A DNA stretch of 32,000 nucleotides from the NCBI RefSeq assembly GCF_001481685.1, contig NZ_CP006867.1, forward strand, positions 420,001 through 452,000. The letters are read 5' to 3'. Within the stretch, counting starts at the first letter, position 1. Each line of letters starts with the position of its first letter. This stretch comes from Ignicoccus islandicus DSM 13165. GTDB taxonomy: Archaea > Thermoproteota > Thermoprotei_A > Sulfolobales > Ignicoccaceae. Shown piece after piece: positions 25,077-32,000 of this stretch. The notes below the pieces were generated by a model that had not been told where the DNA came from, did no database searches, and worked only from the letters and a program-made list of their open reading frames with translations. Made by a program: the position numbers and the translations under genes.

Positions 25077-26345
25077 TTAGCGCTTAAACGCGTAGAGGAG
25101 GCAGCCCTTGCGATATATCAGCTTCAATCCCGGAAATTGGAGCTCCTGGAAGCTCAGGACGTAGCCCCTCCCGAAGCCGTTGATCGCATTCATTAGGCAG
25201 TTCGGATCCCAACAAACGACGTACGGAACGTCCCCGAAGGGGTATGAGGAGTAGGCCCAGAAGGGCTTATATAGAATTAAGTGTGACCTTTCTATTTGAA
25301 TAAAGTGCTTTACCTCGTATAGACAGCAATTGGGTTCGCCCCGGTTGAATACCGCTTGCTTCAATGCGGGAACGTTCACGTAGGCGAAGAAGATGAAGGT
25401 GATTAGCGCTAACGCCTTCCAAGCCTTGCCTTCGTCGACTATGGAAGCCAAACCAACTGCGTAAATTAAGTGGGCTGGTACTTGATACCAGAGCTCTATC
25501 CTAGTGCCATTAACGAAGTTGTTCGCTATTAGGCCCAAGGGCAACGCGAAGTAGACTAGTAGATCCCCTATCTCCTTGCGGTAAGCTTTGTATACGAAGA
25601 GCAGTAGACCTAAAGGAGTTATTAGAGTCGCTAGGGTTCTCAAATCTATTGGGCCCTTAGACCAGCCCGGTAGCCTACTGTGGAACAATACGTTATCGTA
25701 GGCCGTAGCAATGGCTAACGCGGCTGGTATCGCGAAAAGTAAGTACCTCTTATCCCTGTAAAAGAGCAATGTCATTCCTAAGTACAGGAAGGCCATTCCC
25801 TCCCAGCATCCAACGGATAAGATGGAAACTATTAGGGAAAGCGCGAAGCGACCCCTCATGGCTAGCGCTACAGATAAAGCTCCTAAGGCACCAGCTACAA
25901 CGCTGGTCATTACGTGAGTTTCGTAGAACAAGTACATTGGATCGAGGAAAGCCGCTAAGGCCAAAACTAGGGCCGGAAGGCCGCGTCTCCAGGCTATGAG
26001 TATTGAAAGGAGTAACGAGAACGAGCTAATTGCTATATGGGAGAATCTGAACGTCCATATGTTAATAGTGAACGGGTGGAAGAGCAACATGAATGCCCAT
26101 CTAATGGGCGGAAGGTACTCCAAGTGGGGGTCCCAATCCCAAAGGACCTTTTTGGATATGTAGAAATACCACGCTTCGTCGCCGTAGGGGTTGCAAGGCA
26201 TGTAGAAGTTAGCCAATAGAAAGTGGAACACCACTACTGAAATGGCTACGAGCACCCCAGCGATGAGCGCTTCCTTCGAAAGCTTCTCGAACGACTCCAG
26301 TAATCTATTTATCAAGTCTCCTCGGAGTAGGCGTTCCGTTCTCAA
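25077..26345 (-). CDS. polytopic membrane protein, GT-C-fold glycosyltransferase-like (PMT/ArnT-like)
   Basis: It has roughly 10 or more TM segments. An acidic motif, YGDEAWYF, follows TM1, as in GT-C enzymes. The C-terminal soluble domain is Cys-containing. The TTG start is uncertain. Confidence 0.5.
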   Translation of the reverse strand: MRTERLLRGDLINRLLESFEKLSKEALIAGVLVAISVVVFHFLLANFYMPCNPYGDEAWYFYISKKVLWDWDPHLEYLPPIRWAFMLLFHPFTINIWTFRFSHIAISSFSLLLSILIAWRRGLPALVLALAAFLDPMYLFYETHVMTSVVAGALGALSVALAMRGRFALSLIVSILSVGCWEGMAFLYLGMTLLFYRDKRYLLFAIPAALAIATAYDNVLFHSRLPGWSKGPIDLRTLATLITPLGLLLFVYKAYRKEIGDLLVYFALPLGLIANNFVNGTRIELWYQVPAHLIYAVGLASIVDEGKAWKALALITFIFFAYVNVPALKQAVFNRGEPNCCLYEVKHFIQIERSHLILYKPFWAYSSYPFGDVPYVVCWDPNCLMNAINGFGRGYVLSFQELQFPGLKLIYRKGCLLYAFKR

Positions 26346-26390
26346 GTTAAATTACGTTTCGGGTACCATTTACTACGGGGGAGGGCTTTC

Positions 26391-27623
26391 TTGCCTTTAG
26401 AAGGCATGGCTACCTTAGACGACGTTAACTTGGAAGGAAAGAAAGTACTCGTAAGGGTCGACTTCAATTCCCCTGTCTCCGGGGAGGAACTACTTGACGA
26501 TAGCAGAATAAGGGCACACGTTCCAACCATAAAGGAATTGCTTGATAAGGGAGCGTCAATAGTTCTGATATCCCATCAAGGGAGACCGGGCGAGCCGGAC
26601 TTCATTACCCTCGAACCCCATGCAGCGAAACTTTCCAAGCTATTGGGTCAAACGGTCCAATTCGTGGACGACGTGATGGGACCGGAAGCTCGAAAAAGGA
26701 TAAAGTCCCTCAAACCAGGCGAGGTATTGCTGCTAGATAACGTTAGGTTCTTAGCTGAAGAAAACATTAACGCTCCTCCAGAAAGGCAAGCTGAAACGTA
26801 CTTAGTTAGGAGGTTAGCGAAACTCTTCGATCTGTACGTAAACGACGCCTTCGCCACAGCTCATAGATCTCAACCTAGCATTGTAGGGTTCCCTATGGTA
26901 CTACCCGGTGTAATGGGTAGGCTAATGCAAAGGGAGGTCGAAGCATTGAGCAAAATATTCAATCCAAAGGAATCACCGAAGGTGTTCGTTCTTGGGGGAG
27001 GGAAAGTACCGGATAGCTTAAGCATCATAGAAAATATAATACAGAATAAAGTTGCAGACAGGATACTTACTACAGGATTGCTTTCCGAACTCTTCTTAGT
27101 GGCGAAGGGAATAGATCTGGGAGACAAGAACATGAAGTTCTTGGAAAGGAAGGGAATATTATCCTTGGTTCCCAAGGCCCGGCGCTTGCTCTTAATGGGA
27201 GCGCCGATAGACGTTCCCGTCGACTACGTAACTCTGGACGAGGAAACGGGGGAAGTGAAAGTTGAACCGGTTTACAATTTGACCGGCGTAATAAGGGACA
27301 TAGGACCGGCAACAGTAAAGATGTATAGCGAGCTGATAAAGGAAGCGAAAATAGTCGTTATGAGAGGACCCGCTGGAGTAATGGAAGATCCCCGATTCAG
27401 AACTGGTACGAAGGAGCTCGTTAGGGCGGCCTTGGAAAGCGGTGCCTTCACAATCTTTGGAGGCGGTCACTTGACGGCAGTAATAGAGGAGCTTGGTATG
27501 AAGGAAAGGGTTGGTCACATAAGCACCGGTGGTGGAGCACTGCTCGCGTTCCTTTCAGGAAAGGAATTGCCCGCGTTGAGTGCATTGAAGGTTTCGGCAT
27601 CTAAGTTCGGTTTAGTAAAATAG
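26391..27623 (+). CDS. pgk: phosphoglycerate kinase
   Basis: The sequence contains LEGKKVLVRVDFNSPV and ISHQGRPG, and ends ...STGGGALLAFLSGKELPAL. The true start is probably the ATG at 26406 (MATLDD...). Confidence 0.93.
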   Translation: MPLEGMATLDDVNLEGKKVLVRVDFNSPVSGEELLDDSRIRAHVPTIKELLDKGASIVLISHQGRPGEPDFITLEPHAAKLSKLLGQTVQFVDDVMGPEARKRIKSLKPGEVLLLDNVRFLAEENINAPPERQAETYLVRRLAKLFDLYVNDAFATAHRSQPSIVGFPMVLPGVMGRLMQREVEALSKIFNPKESPKVFVLGGGKVPDSLSIIENIIQNKVADRILTTGLLSELFLVAKGIDLGDKNMKFLERKGILSLVPKARRLLLMGAPIDVPVDYVTLDEETGEVKVEPVYNLTGVIRDIGPATVKMYSELIKEAKIVVMRGPAGVMEDPRFRTGTKELVRAALESGAFTIFGGGHLTAVIEELGMKERVGHISTGGGALLAFLSGKELPALSALKVSASKFGLVK

Positions 27624-27628
27624 AAAAG

Positions 27629-27636
27629 TTTATTAA
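27629..27636 (+). promoter_or_regulatory. TATA box (TTTATTAA) of the 5S rRNA gene
   Basis: It is centred about 26 nt upstream of the inferred 5S 5' end at 27659 and is preceded by purine-rich AGAAAAG, which looks like a BRE (TFB recognition element). Confidence 0.55.
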
Positions 27637-27658
27637 GACTCCATGGTTTCCTAACCAT

Positions 27659-27786
27659 GGTCCGGCCCGGCCACAGCGACCGGGCAACACCCGGACCCAT
27701 ATCGAACCCGGAAGTTAAGCCGGTCGCGCGGGGTTAGGCAGTGGCGTCCGAGAGGCGCCGCAGCCGCCCCGTGCCGGGACCGGACC
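27659..27786 (+). rRNA. rrf: 5S ribosomal RNA
   Basis: The core GGCAACACCCGGACCCATATCGAACCCGGAAGTTAAGCC closely matches crenarchaeal 5S sequence recalled from Sulfolobus. The ends GGTCCGG... and ...CCGGACC pair as helix I. The gene is about 128 nt and very GC-rich relative to its flanks. Confidence 0.9.
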
Positions 27787-28032
27787 TCTACACTTCTATA
27801 CGTCTCTTCCCTCTAACCTTAAAACTTATCGCTCCACTGAGCGCAACGAAGTAACTCGGACTCATCATGGATCGAACGTTTCCGTTCATCCAATTCGTTT
27901 CACGGGAGCCATCTAGAAGATCTGTTCGAAACGTTCTTCTATAGATTAAGATTCTCAGCTCCCTGGAACAACTAATGGGAACGTGGTGGAATTCTTAACT
28001 CTCTACTTTTCTGAAAAAACCGGGCAGTTGTA

Positions 28033-30624
28033 GTGAGAGCACTAGCAATAACCCTCTTGATAATGGTAACTGTGCAAGCTCTGAGCTTGACGGAACTGTG
28101 GAGCTACGTTGCTCACGGTATAACGGTTGGTATTGCGTTTTCAGAGGACGGAAAAATGGGAATCGCGCCAGCATGGGATGGCTGTGCCCACATACTAGAT
28201 CCCGACGGAAACTTGATCAATAAATTTTGTGGGAAGAGTAGCATGGATGATGTGTCCTATCTCAACAATAAATTTGGATTCGTTAACTTTGATGGTTATG
28301 CTTACATCCTAAATCCCGATGGAACGCTTTGGAAGAAGATTTACGTTGGGAGCGATTACGGAGAGGCAATTGTTATGCTTCCGAACGGATTTATCGCGTG
28401 TTGGTATCGATGCGCGTACTTCGACTTCAATGGAAATGAACACTGGGACATCAACGTAGGAGTGGTCGAATATCGACCGAGCGTTTACAACAATTACATA
28501 TACATAGCGGACATGTCGTGGGATAAACTCATCGTAGTAGAGCTAAATTCCGGCAATATCGTTAAAGAAATAACTTACGATGAACCAGTTGATGATACAG
28601 CAGTTTGTGGCAAGTACTTAGCGGTTACTACGGATCACTACTTGTACCTATATGAGATTGATGATCCCTTAAACCCGAGAGAGCTTTGGAAAGCTAGCGG
28701 ATTCGATAACAGTGGCAGTTATGAGAGAGGTGGCATCGCGTTCTCGCCGGATTGCAGATACTTGGCTGTGGCCGACCGAGGCAACAATGAATTAAAGCTA
28801 TTCAACGTAAGGGGCGAATTAGTTCTAACTAAGGAATTTCCTTCAGGCGTATGGTCGGTCGCTTGGTGGAACGATAGGATAGCAATAGGTCTTGGGAACC
28901 ACGAAGTCCACGTATACAAGCTAGAGGGCTACACGCCGACAAAACTATCTCCTAAGCTCCCTCCCTCGAACGCTTACGTCCTAACCGTCACTAACCCCAA
29001 CTCATACGGCCTCGAGGACTACCAAGTTAGAGTAGAGCTGCCAGAGGACCTCAAGGGCAAGCCAATCTCAATAACCTACAACGGGAACTCAGTTCCGTTC
29101 TGCTACGAGACCTCAATCGGTGAATGCACCACTGACCCAGCGCAAGGCAACGGCTACGTCTGGATAAAGGTACCGGTAATTCCGGCGAACGGACAAACCA
29201 TGCTGAACGTGATAGTAGGTACCAATGGAGCAGTTAATGGAGATCAAGTGTTCGATTTCTATGACGACTTCAATAGCGGAATAAGCTGGAGCAAGTGGTT
29301 ATACGATAGCTATTACGTGAACTGGCATAAAGCTGGACCAAACGGTTACATAGAAATTACTGCCGATACCGGTTGCGACGTAGTCATGGTTGGCAAGAAG
29401 AAGCTCACCTACGTCAAAGGCACTGTTGGCTTGGCCTTGGAGTGGCGCCAGAAGTACAAGTATGAAATAGCCAACAGCGGATGGGACGTATTCTATCCGC
29501 AAATACAAATAGAAAACAACGATTGTAGCGGAACGAGTGGAAGGTACTTCCTGCTGAGCGTATACGGTGATCACGCTATATGGAAACACGAAGGAACCTC
29601 GTGGAAATACTTAACACCTAGAGGCACTGGATCTCGAGACGGTAATTGGCATCTCTACCAAGGTATAATTACCAGAGATTTCAATATCATACTAAAGGAG
29701 GACGGAAGCAAGACCATAGCCAATTACAAGGAGAACTCGTGGATCGGCTTGAGCGGTTACTTGACCTTCAGAGAGGGTCGAGAATACATAGACTGGGTTA
29801 GGGTTAGGAAGTACGCTGACATAGAGCCTTATTACCACTTCCAGACTACCACGAGTACTACTATCACGAAAACTATCACGAAAACCGTTACCCAAACGGC
29901 GATCCACTACGTTACTTCTACAATAACTAAGACCCTCACAGTAACTCCAGTAGCGGGGGCAGTCCCTAAGCCCTCCGTCCCCCAATCCCTCAAGCCTTTA
30001 ATTGAGAAGATGTATGAGCCTTACGACGACTTGGACAAGGCCTATAATTCCTTGAGCAAAGTGAACAACCCGTTGGTAGATGCGATTAGGAAGGAGATGC
30101 AGAAGAGGGCGTGGAGCATTGCGGAACTGGGGAGGGTCAAGTCGACCTTGAACCAATTGCTCAACTACCTATCCGATTACTTGGAAGCAAGGGAGAGGCT
30201 GGAGAAATTGCTTGACAGCGAGGCCAATTACACTACAGTGTTCGAAATATCCAATTTGGTTCAGAGGATGAAGGTCGATTACGGGATGATGGAGAAGCTC
30301 TCCCAAGAGCTGGCCAACCAAGTTAGGGAGCTCAAAGCGAACGAGCCCTCTGTTGATCTTCGAGCGGTCAAGGCCCAAGTGGGGGACTTGAATCAGTTGC
30401 TCAACAAGTTGGGGAGGAAAATTAGCGTTAAGGAGATGTTCGAGCTGAAGAAGAGGATCGAGGTAGTAGGAATAGGGAAGGTCATAGACGCGTACTTGAA
30501 GGAGAAGGTGGAGGAGCTAAAGGAGACCTACGATCAGTTTTCCAAGGCTTGGAACTCCTTGATGGCTCAAATGAAGAGCGAGCTAGGGACTTACGAGGAG
30601 ATAGCCAAAGTGGTGAGCGGGTAA
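28033..30624 (+). CDS. large secreted mosaic protein: signal peptide, propeller-like domain, DUF2341-like + LamG-like module, Thr-rich linker, C-terminal coiled coil
   Basis: The start is GTG and the signal peptide is MRALAITLLIMVTVQALS. Blade-like beta repeats run to about aa 300. Then come CYETSIGECTTDP...VWIKVP...FDFYDDF, the linker TTTSTTITKTITKTVTQT...TKTLTVTP, and about 200 aa of heptad-rich helix. There is no terminal hydrophobic segment. Confidence 0.75.
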   Translation: MRALAITLLIMVTVQALSLTELWSYVAHGITVGIAFSEDGKMGIAPAWDGCAHILDPDGNLINKFCGKSSMDDVSYLNNKFGFVNFDGYAYILNPDGTLWKKIYVGSDYGEAIVMLPNGFIACWYRCAYFDFNGNEHWDINVGVVEYRPSVYNNYIYIADMSWDKLIVVELNSGNIVKEITYDEPVDDTAVCGKYLAVTTDHYLYLYEIDDPLNPRELWKASGFDNSGSYERGGIAFSPDCRYLAVADRGNNELKLFNVRGELVLTKEFPSGVWSVAWWNDRIAIGLGNHEVHVYKLEGYTPTKLSPKLPPSNAYVLTVTNPNSYGLEDYQVRVELPEDLKGKPISITYNGNSVPFCYETSIGECTTDPAQGNGYVWIKVPVIPANGQTMLNVIVGTNGAVNGDQVFDFYDDFNSGISWSKWLYDSYYVNWHKAGPNGYIEITADTGCDVVMVGKKKLTYVKGTVGLALEWRQKYKYEIANSGWDVFYPQIQIENNDCSGTSGRYFLLSVYGDHAIWKHEGTSWKYLTPRGTGSRDGNWHLYQGIITRDFNIILKEDGSKTIANYKENSWIGLSGYLTFREGREYIDWVRVRKYADIEPYYHFQTTTSTTITKTITKTVTQTAIHYVTSTITKTLTVTPVAGAVPKPSVPQSLKPLIEKMYEPYDDLDKAYNSLSKVNNPLVDAIRKEMQKRAWSIAELGRVKSTLNQLLNYLSDYLEARERLEKLLDSEANYTTVFEISNLVQRMKVDYGMMEKLSQELANQVRELKANEPSVDLRAVKAQVGDLNQLLNKLGRKISVKEMFELKKRIEVVGIGKVIDAYLKEKVEELKETYDQFSKAWNSLMAQMKSELGTYEEIAKVVSG

Positions 30625-30630
30625 AGGAAG

Positions 30631-30639
30631 TTTTTGTTT
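30631..30639 (+). terminator. oligo-T tract (TTTTTGTTT) after the 863-aa gene
   Basis: It begins 7 nt after the stop codon, in a convergent intergenic region. Confidence 0.35.
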
Positions 30640-30720
30640 CACTCTCTAAAGTTAAGAGTTCTCAAAAACCACTTCGTTAACTTGGGGACCCTAAAAGGTT
30701 GAACGTAAGCAAATAAAAAT

Positions 30721-31905
30721 TTACCTTTGACAGAGTAAAGTAACCGGGTTCAGTTGGGTTACAGTTAGTGTTGCCGTACAAGGCCCTATGGCTAGAACTT
30801 GTAGCGGACCTTTGGCAATGGTCCACACGAACTGACCTCCGCACGGACCCTTGGTCCACGAACCCCCATAGGCCTTGTATACTGTGTTCGTTCCAGCGAC
30901 TTCGCTATAAACGGTAAAGCCCTCGCCGACGTATATGGTCGGGCAACTGCCTTTACAGCTGATCACAGCTACGTTACTCGATGGAACTAAGAATTCCATT
31001 GGAACGTAGTTCTCCGCAGAAATCACAGCCGTTCTGTAAGTGGTCTCGTATGTAACTTTCTTCACTAAATCGGTTGCCTTAACGCATCCGCTTACCGTAG
31101 CGTACTCGGTGTTAGTAACTACTGTAGTTACGGTCTCGGTCACTGTAACTGTCTGGGTCAACTTAACCGTTACGACCTTAATTGAGTTAGGTAAGCTCTC
31201 CTTGGTTGTCGAAAAGGTGACGTTGAAGTAACCGAACTTCTTCAACAAGCTGAAGGCTATTAGGAATTCGGCGGTTGCCTTGTCGTCCGGCAGACCTATT
31301 TCGTTCTTCAAGAACCCTTGGGGGGATAGCCTCTTCGCTAGCTCCTTGGTCAGTTCGTGATTGCCGTATAGCTCGTTCAGAGCAGAACACCATATTAAGG
31401 CCTCTAGTGACTTTACTTCGTTCATCAAGTCCAACAATGAATATATCCAAGGCGGTTCCACGCCAATTAGCTTGGAGAAGAACCCTGCCTTGCAAGCGCA
31501 AGCCAGGCCGGAGTCGATCACGTCGAGCAGGCTAGCGCTCTTCACGTCTTCAACGAAGCTCTCCCACGAGGGCATTCCTACCATTGCGTATACGAAGGCC
31601 TTCTCGGCTTTCGAACAGATCGTATTGGACTCTACTTCCAACAAGTCCCTCGGTACCTTATACCCCATTATCTTCAATGCGAGCGCTGCTTCCAGTTTGT
31701 AAGTTACGCCTTCGCCTTTCAACGCCTTTTCAATTAAGAGCTCGTTAGGCGTCATTCCGTTCATTACTTGAGCCAGTATTAACGCACCGGGATACTTGCC
31801 ATTAACTTCCAAGTAATCCATCGAGGCTTTCAGGTCCACTGAAACTGCATAGCTCAACGAAGCTATCAAAAGGAAGGCCAACGTAACGCTACTCCATTTA
31901 AGCAT
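30721..31905 (-). CDS. secreted protein: signal peptide, helical N-domain, T/V-rich linker, Cys-rich beta C-domain
   Basis: The ORF has an ATG start and the signal peptide MLKWSSVTLAFLLIASLSYA. The linker is KLTQTVTVTETVTTVVTNT. The C-terminal roughly 130 aa contain 6 Cys. On its strand an oligo-T tract (ATTTTTATTT) follows the stop. Confidence 0.7.
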   Translation of the reverse strand: MLKWSSVTLAFLLIASLSYAVSVDLKASMDYLEVNGKYPGALILAQVMNGMTPNELLIEKALKGEGVTYKLEAALALKIMGYKVPRDLLEVESNTICSKAEKAFVYAMVGMPSWESFVEDVKSASLLDVIDSGLACACKAGFFSKLIGVEPPWIYSLLDLMNEVKSLEALIWCSALNELYGNHELTKELAKRLSPQGFLKNEIGLPDDKATAEFLIAFSLLKKFGYFNVTFSTTKESLPNSIKVVTVKLTQTVTVTETVTTVVTNTEYATVSGCVKATDLVKKVTYETTYRTAVISAENYVPMEFLVPSSNVAVISCKGSCPTIYVGEGFTVYSEVAGTNTVYKAYGGSWTKGPCGGQFVWTIAKGPLQVLAIGPCTATLTVTQLNPVTLLCQR

Positions 31906-32000
31906 ACGTCGAGCCCTAGAACCAGTGCTAGATTTACACAGAAAAAGTTACCCCTAGCTAGCGAATGTACTATTCCCCTAGAGCTTCCTCTTATCGATTA

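Noticed and set aside
27862-27868. A consensus C box (ATGATGA) on the minus strand, downstream of the 5S gene.
   Set aside because: No CTGA D box or internal C'/D' boxes occur within 100 nt downstream on that strand.
27912-27945. An imperfect inverted repeat, TCTAGAAGA...TCTTCTATAGA, about 90 bp upstream of the 863-aa gene. A bulged hairpin also lies at 27869-27891.
   Set aside because: Both are short and imperfect in an AT-rich spacer, and are not distinguishable from chance without comparative data.
29845-29945. Short periodic DNA (ATCACGAAAAC x2; ACT/GTT-rich tracts), also at 31100-31180. I considered it as a possible repeat array or CRISPR.
   Set aside because: Both tracts are in frame inside long ORFs and encode Thr/Val-rich linkers. 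There is no repeat-spacer organisation, and no CRISPR array anywhere in the window.

Overview
This is an archaeal chromosomal segment made up mostly of housekeeping genes. Several features point to a hyperthermophilic crenarchaeote (TACK); this placement is an inference. They are archaeal-type ribosomal proteins, RNase P protein Rpp29, an Elf1 homologue, A-type ATPase subunit A, and a tRNA intron with a bulge-helix-bulge (BHB) splice motif. The 5S rRNA is unlinked from the other rRNA genes, and the structural RNAs are very GC-rich against a background I estimate by eye at about 45% GC. First genes of operons sit behind TATA boxes, and internal genes carry GGTGA-type Shine-Dalgarno (SD) motifs.

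Recognisable genes are atpA, DAHP synthase, uS19-uL22-uS3-uL29, Rpp29, a KaiC-like ATPase, a DRG-like GTPase, purF, uL3-uL4-uL23, rpiA, Elf1, purL and pgk. There is also one intron-containing tRNA-Val(UAC) and one 5S rRNA. I see no CRISPR array, transposase, integrase or recognisable defence genes.

The least ordinary content is a set of secreted cell-envelope-type proteins.
- A DUF2341/LamG-type gene at 4239-5931 is split into two ORFs by a perfect 10-bp tandem duplication. Removing one copy restores a single reading frame of about 560 codons.
- An 863-aa mosaic protein at 28033-30624 carries the same module. It adds a propeller-like domain, a Thr-rich stalk and a long C-terminal coiled coil, and has no membrane anchor.
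- A convergent Cys-rich secreted neighbour lies at 30721-31905.

Secondary observations:
- The universal ribosomal protein cluster is broken and permuted, and L2 is absent from the window.
- The DRG-like GTPase has a degenerate G3/switch II region.
- The SWIM-finger ORF overlaps Elf1 by 146 nt on the same strand.
- A weak C/D-box sRNA candidate lies upstream of uL3.
- An unlisted small coiled-coil ORF lies next to purF.

All functional calls come from motif recognition by eye. No database search was run.
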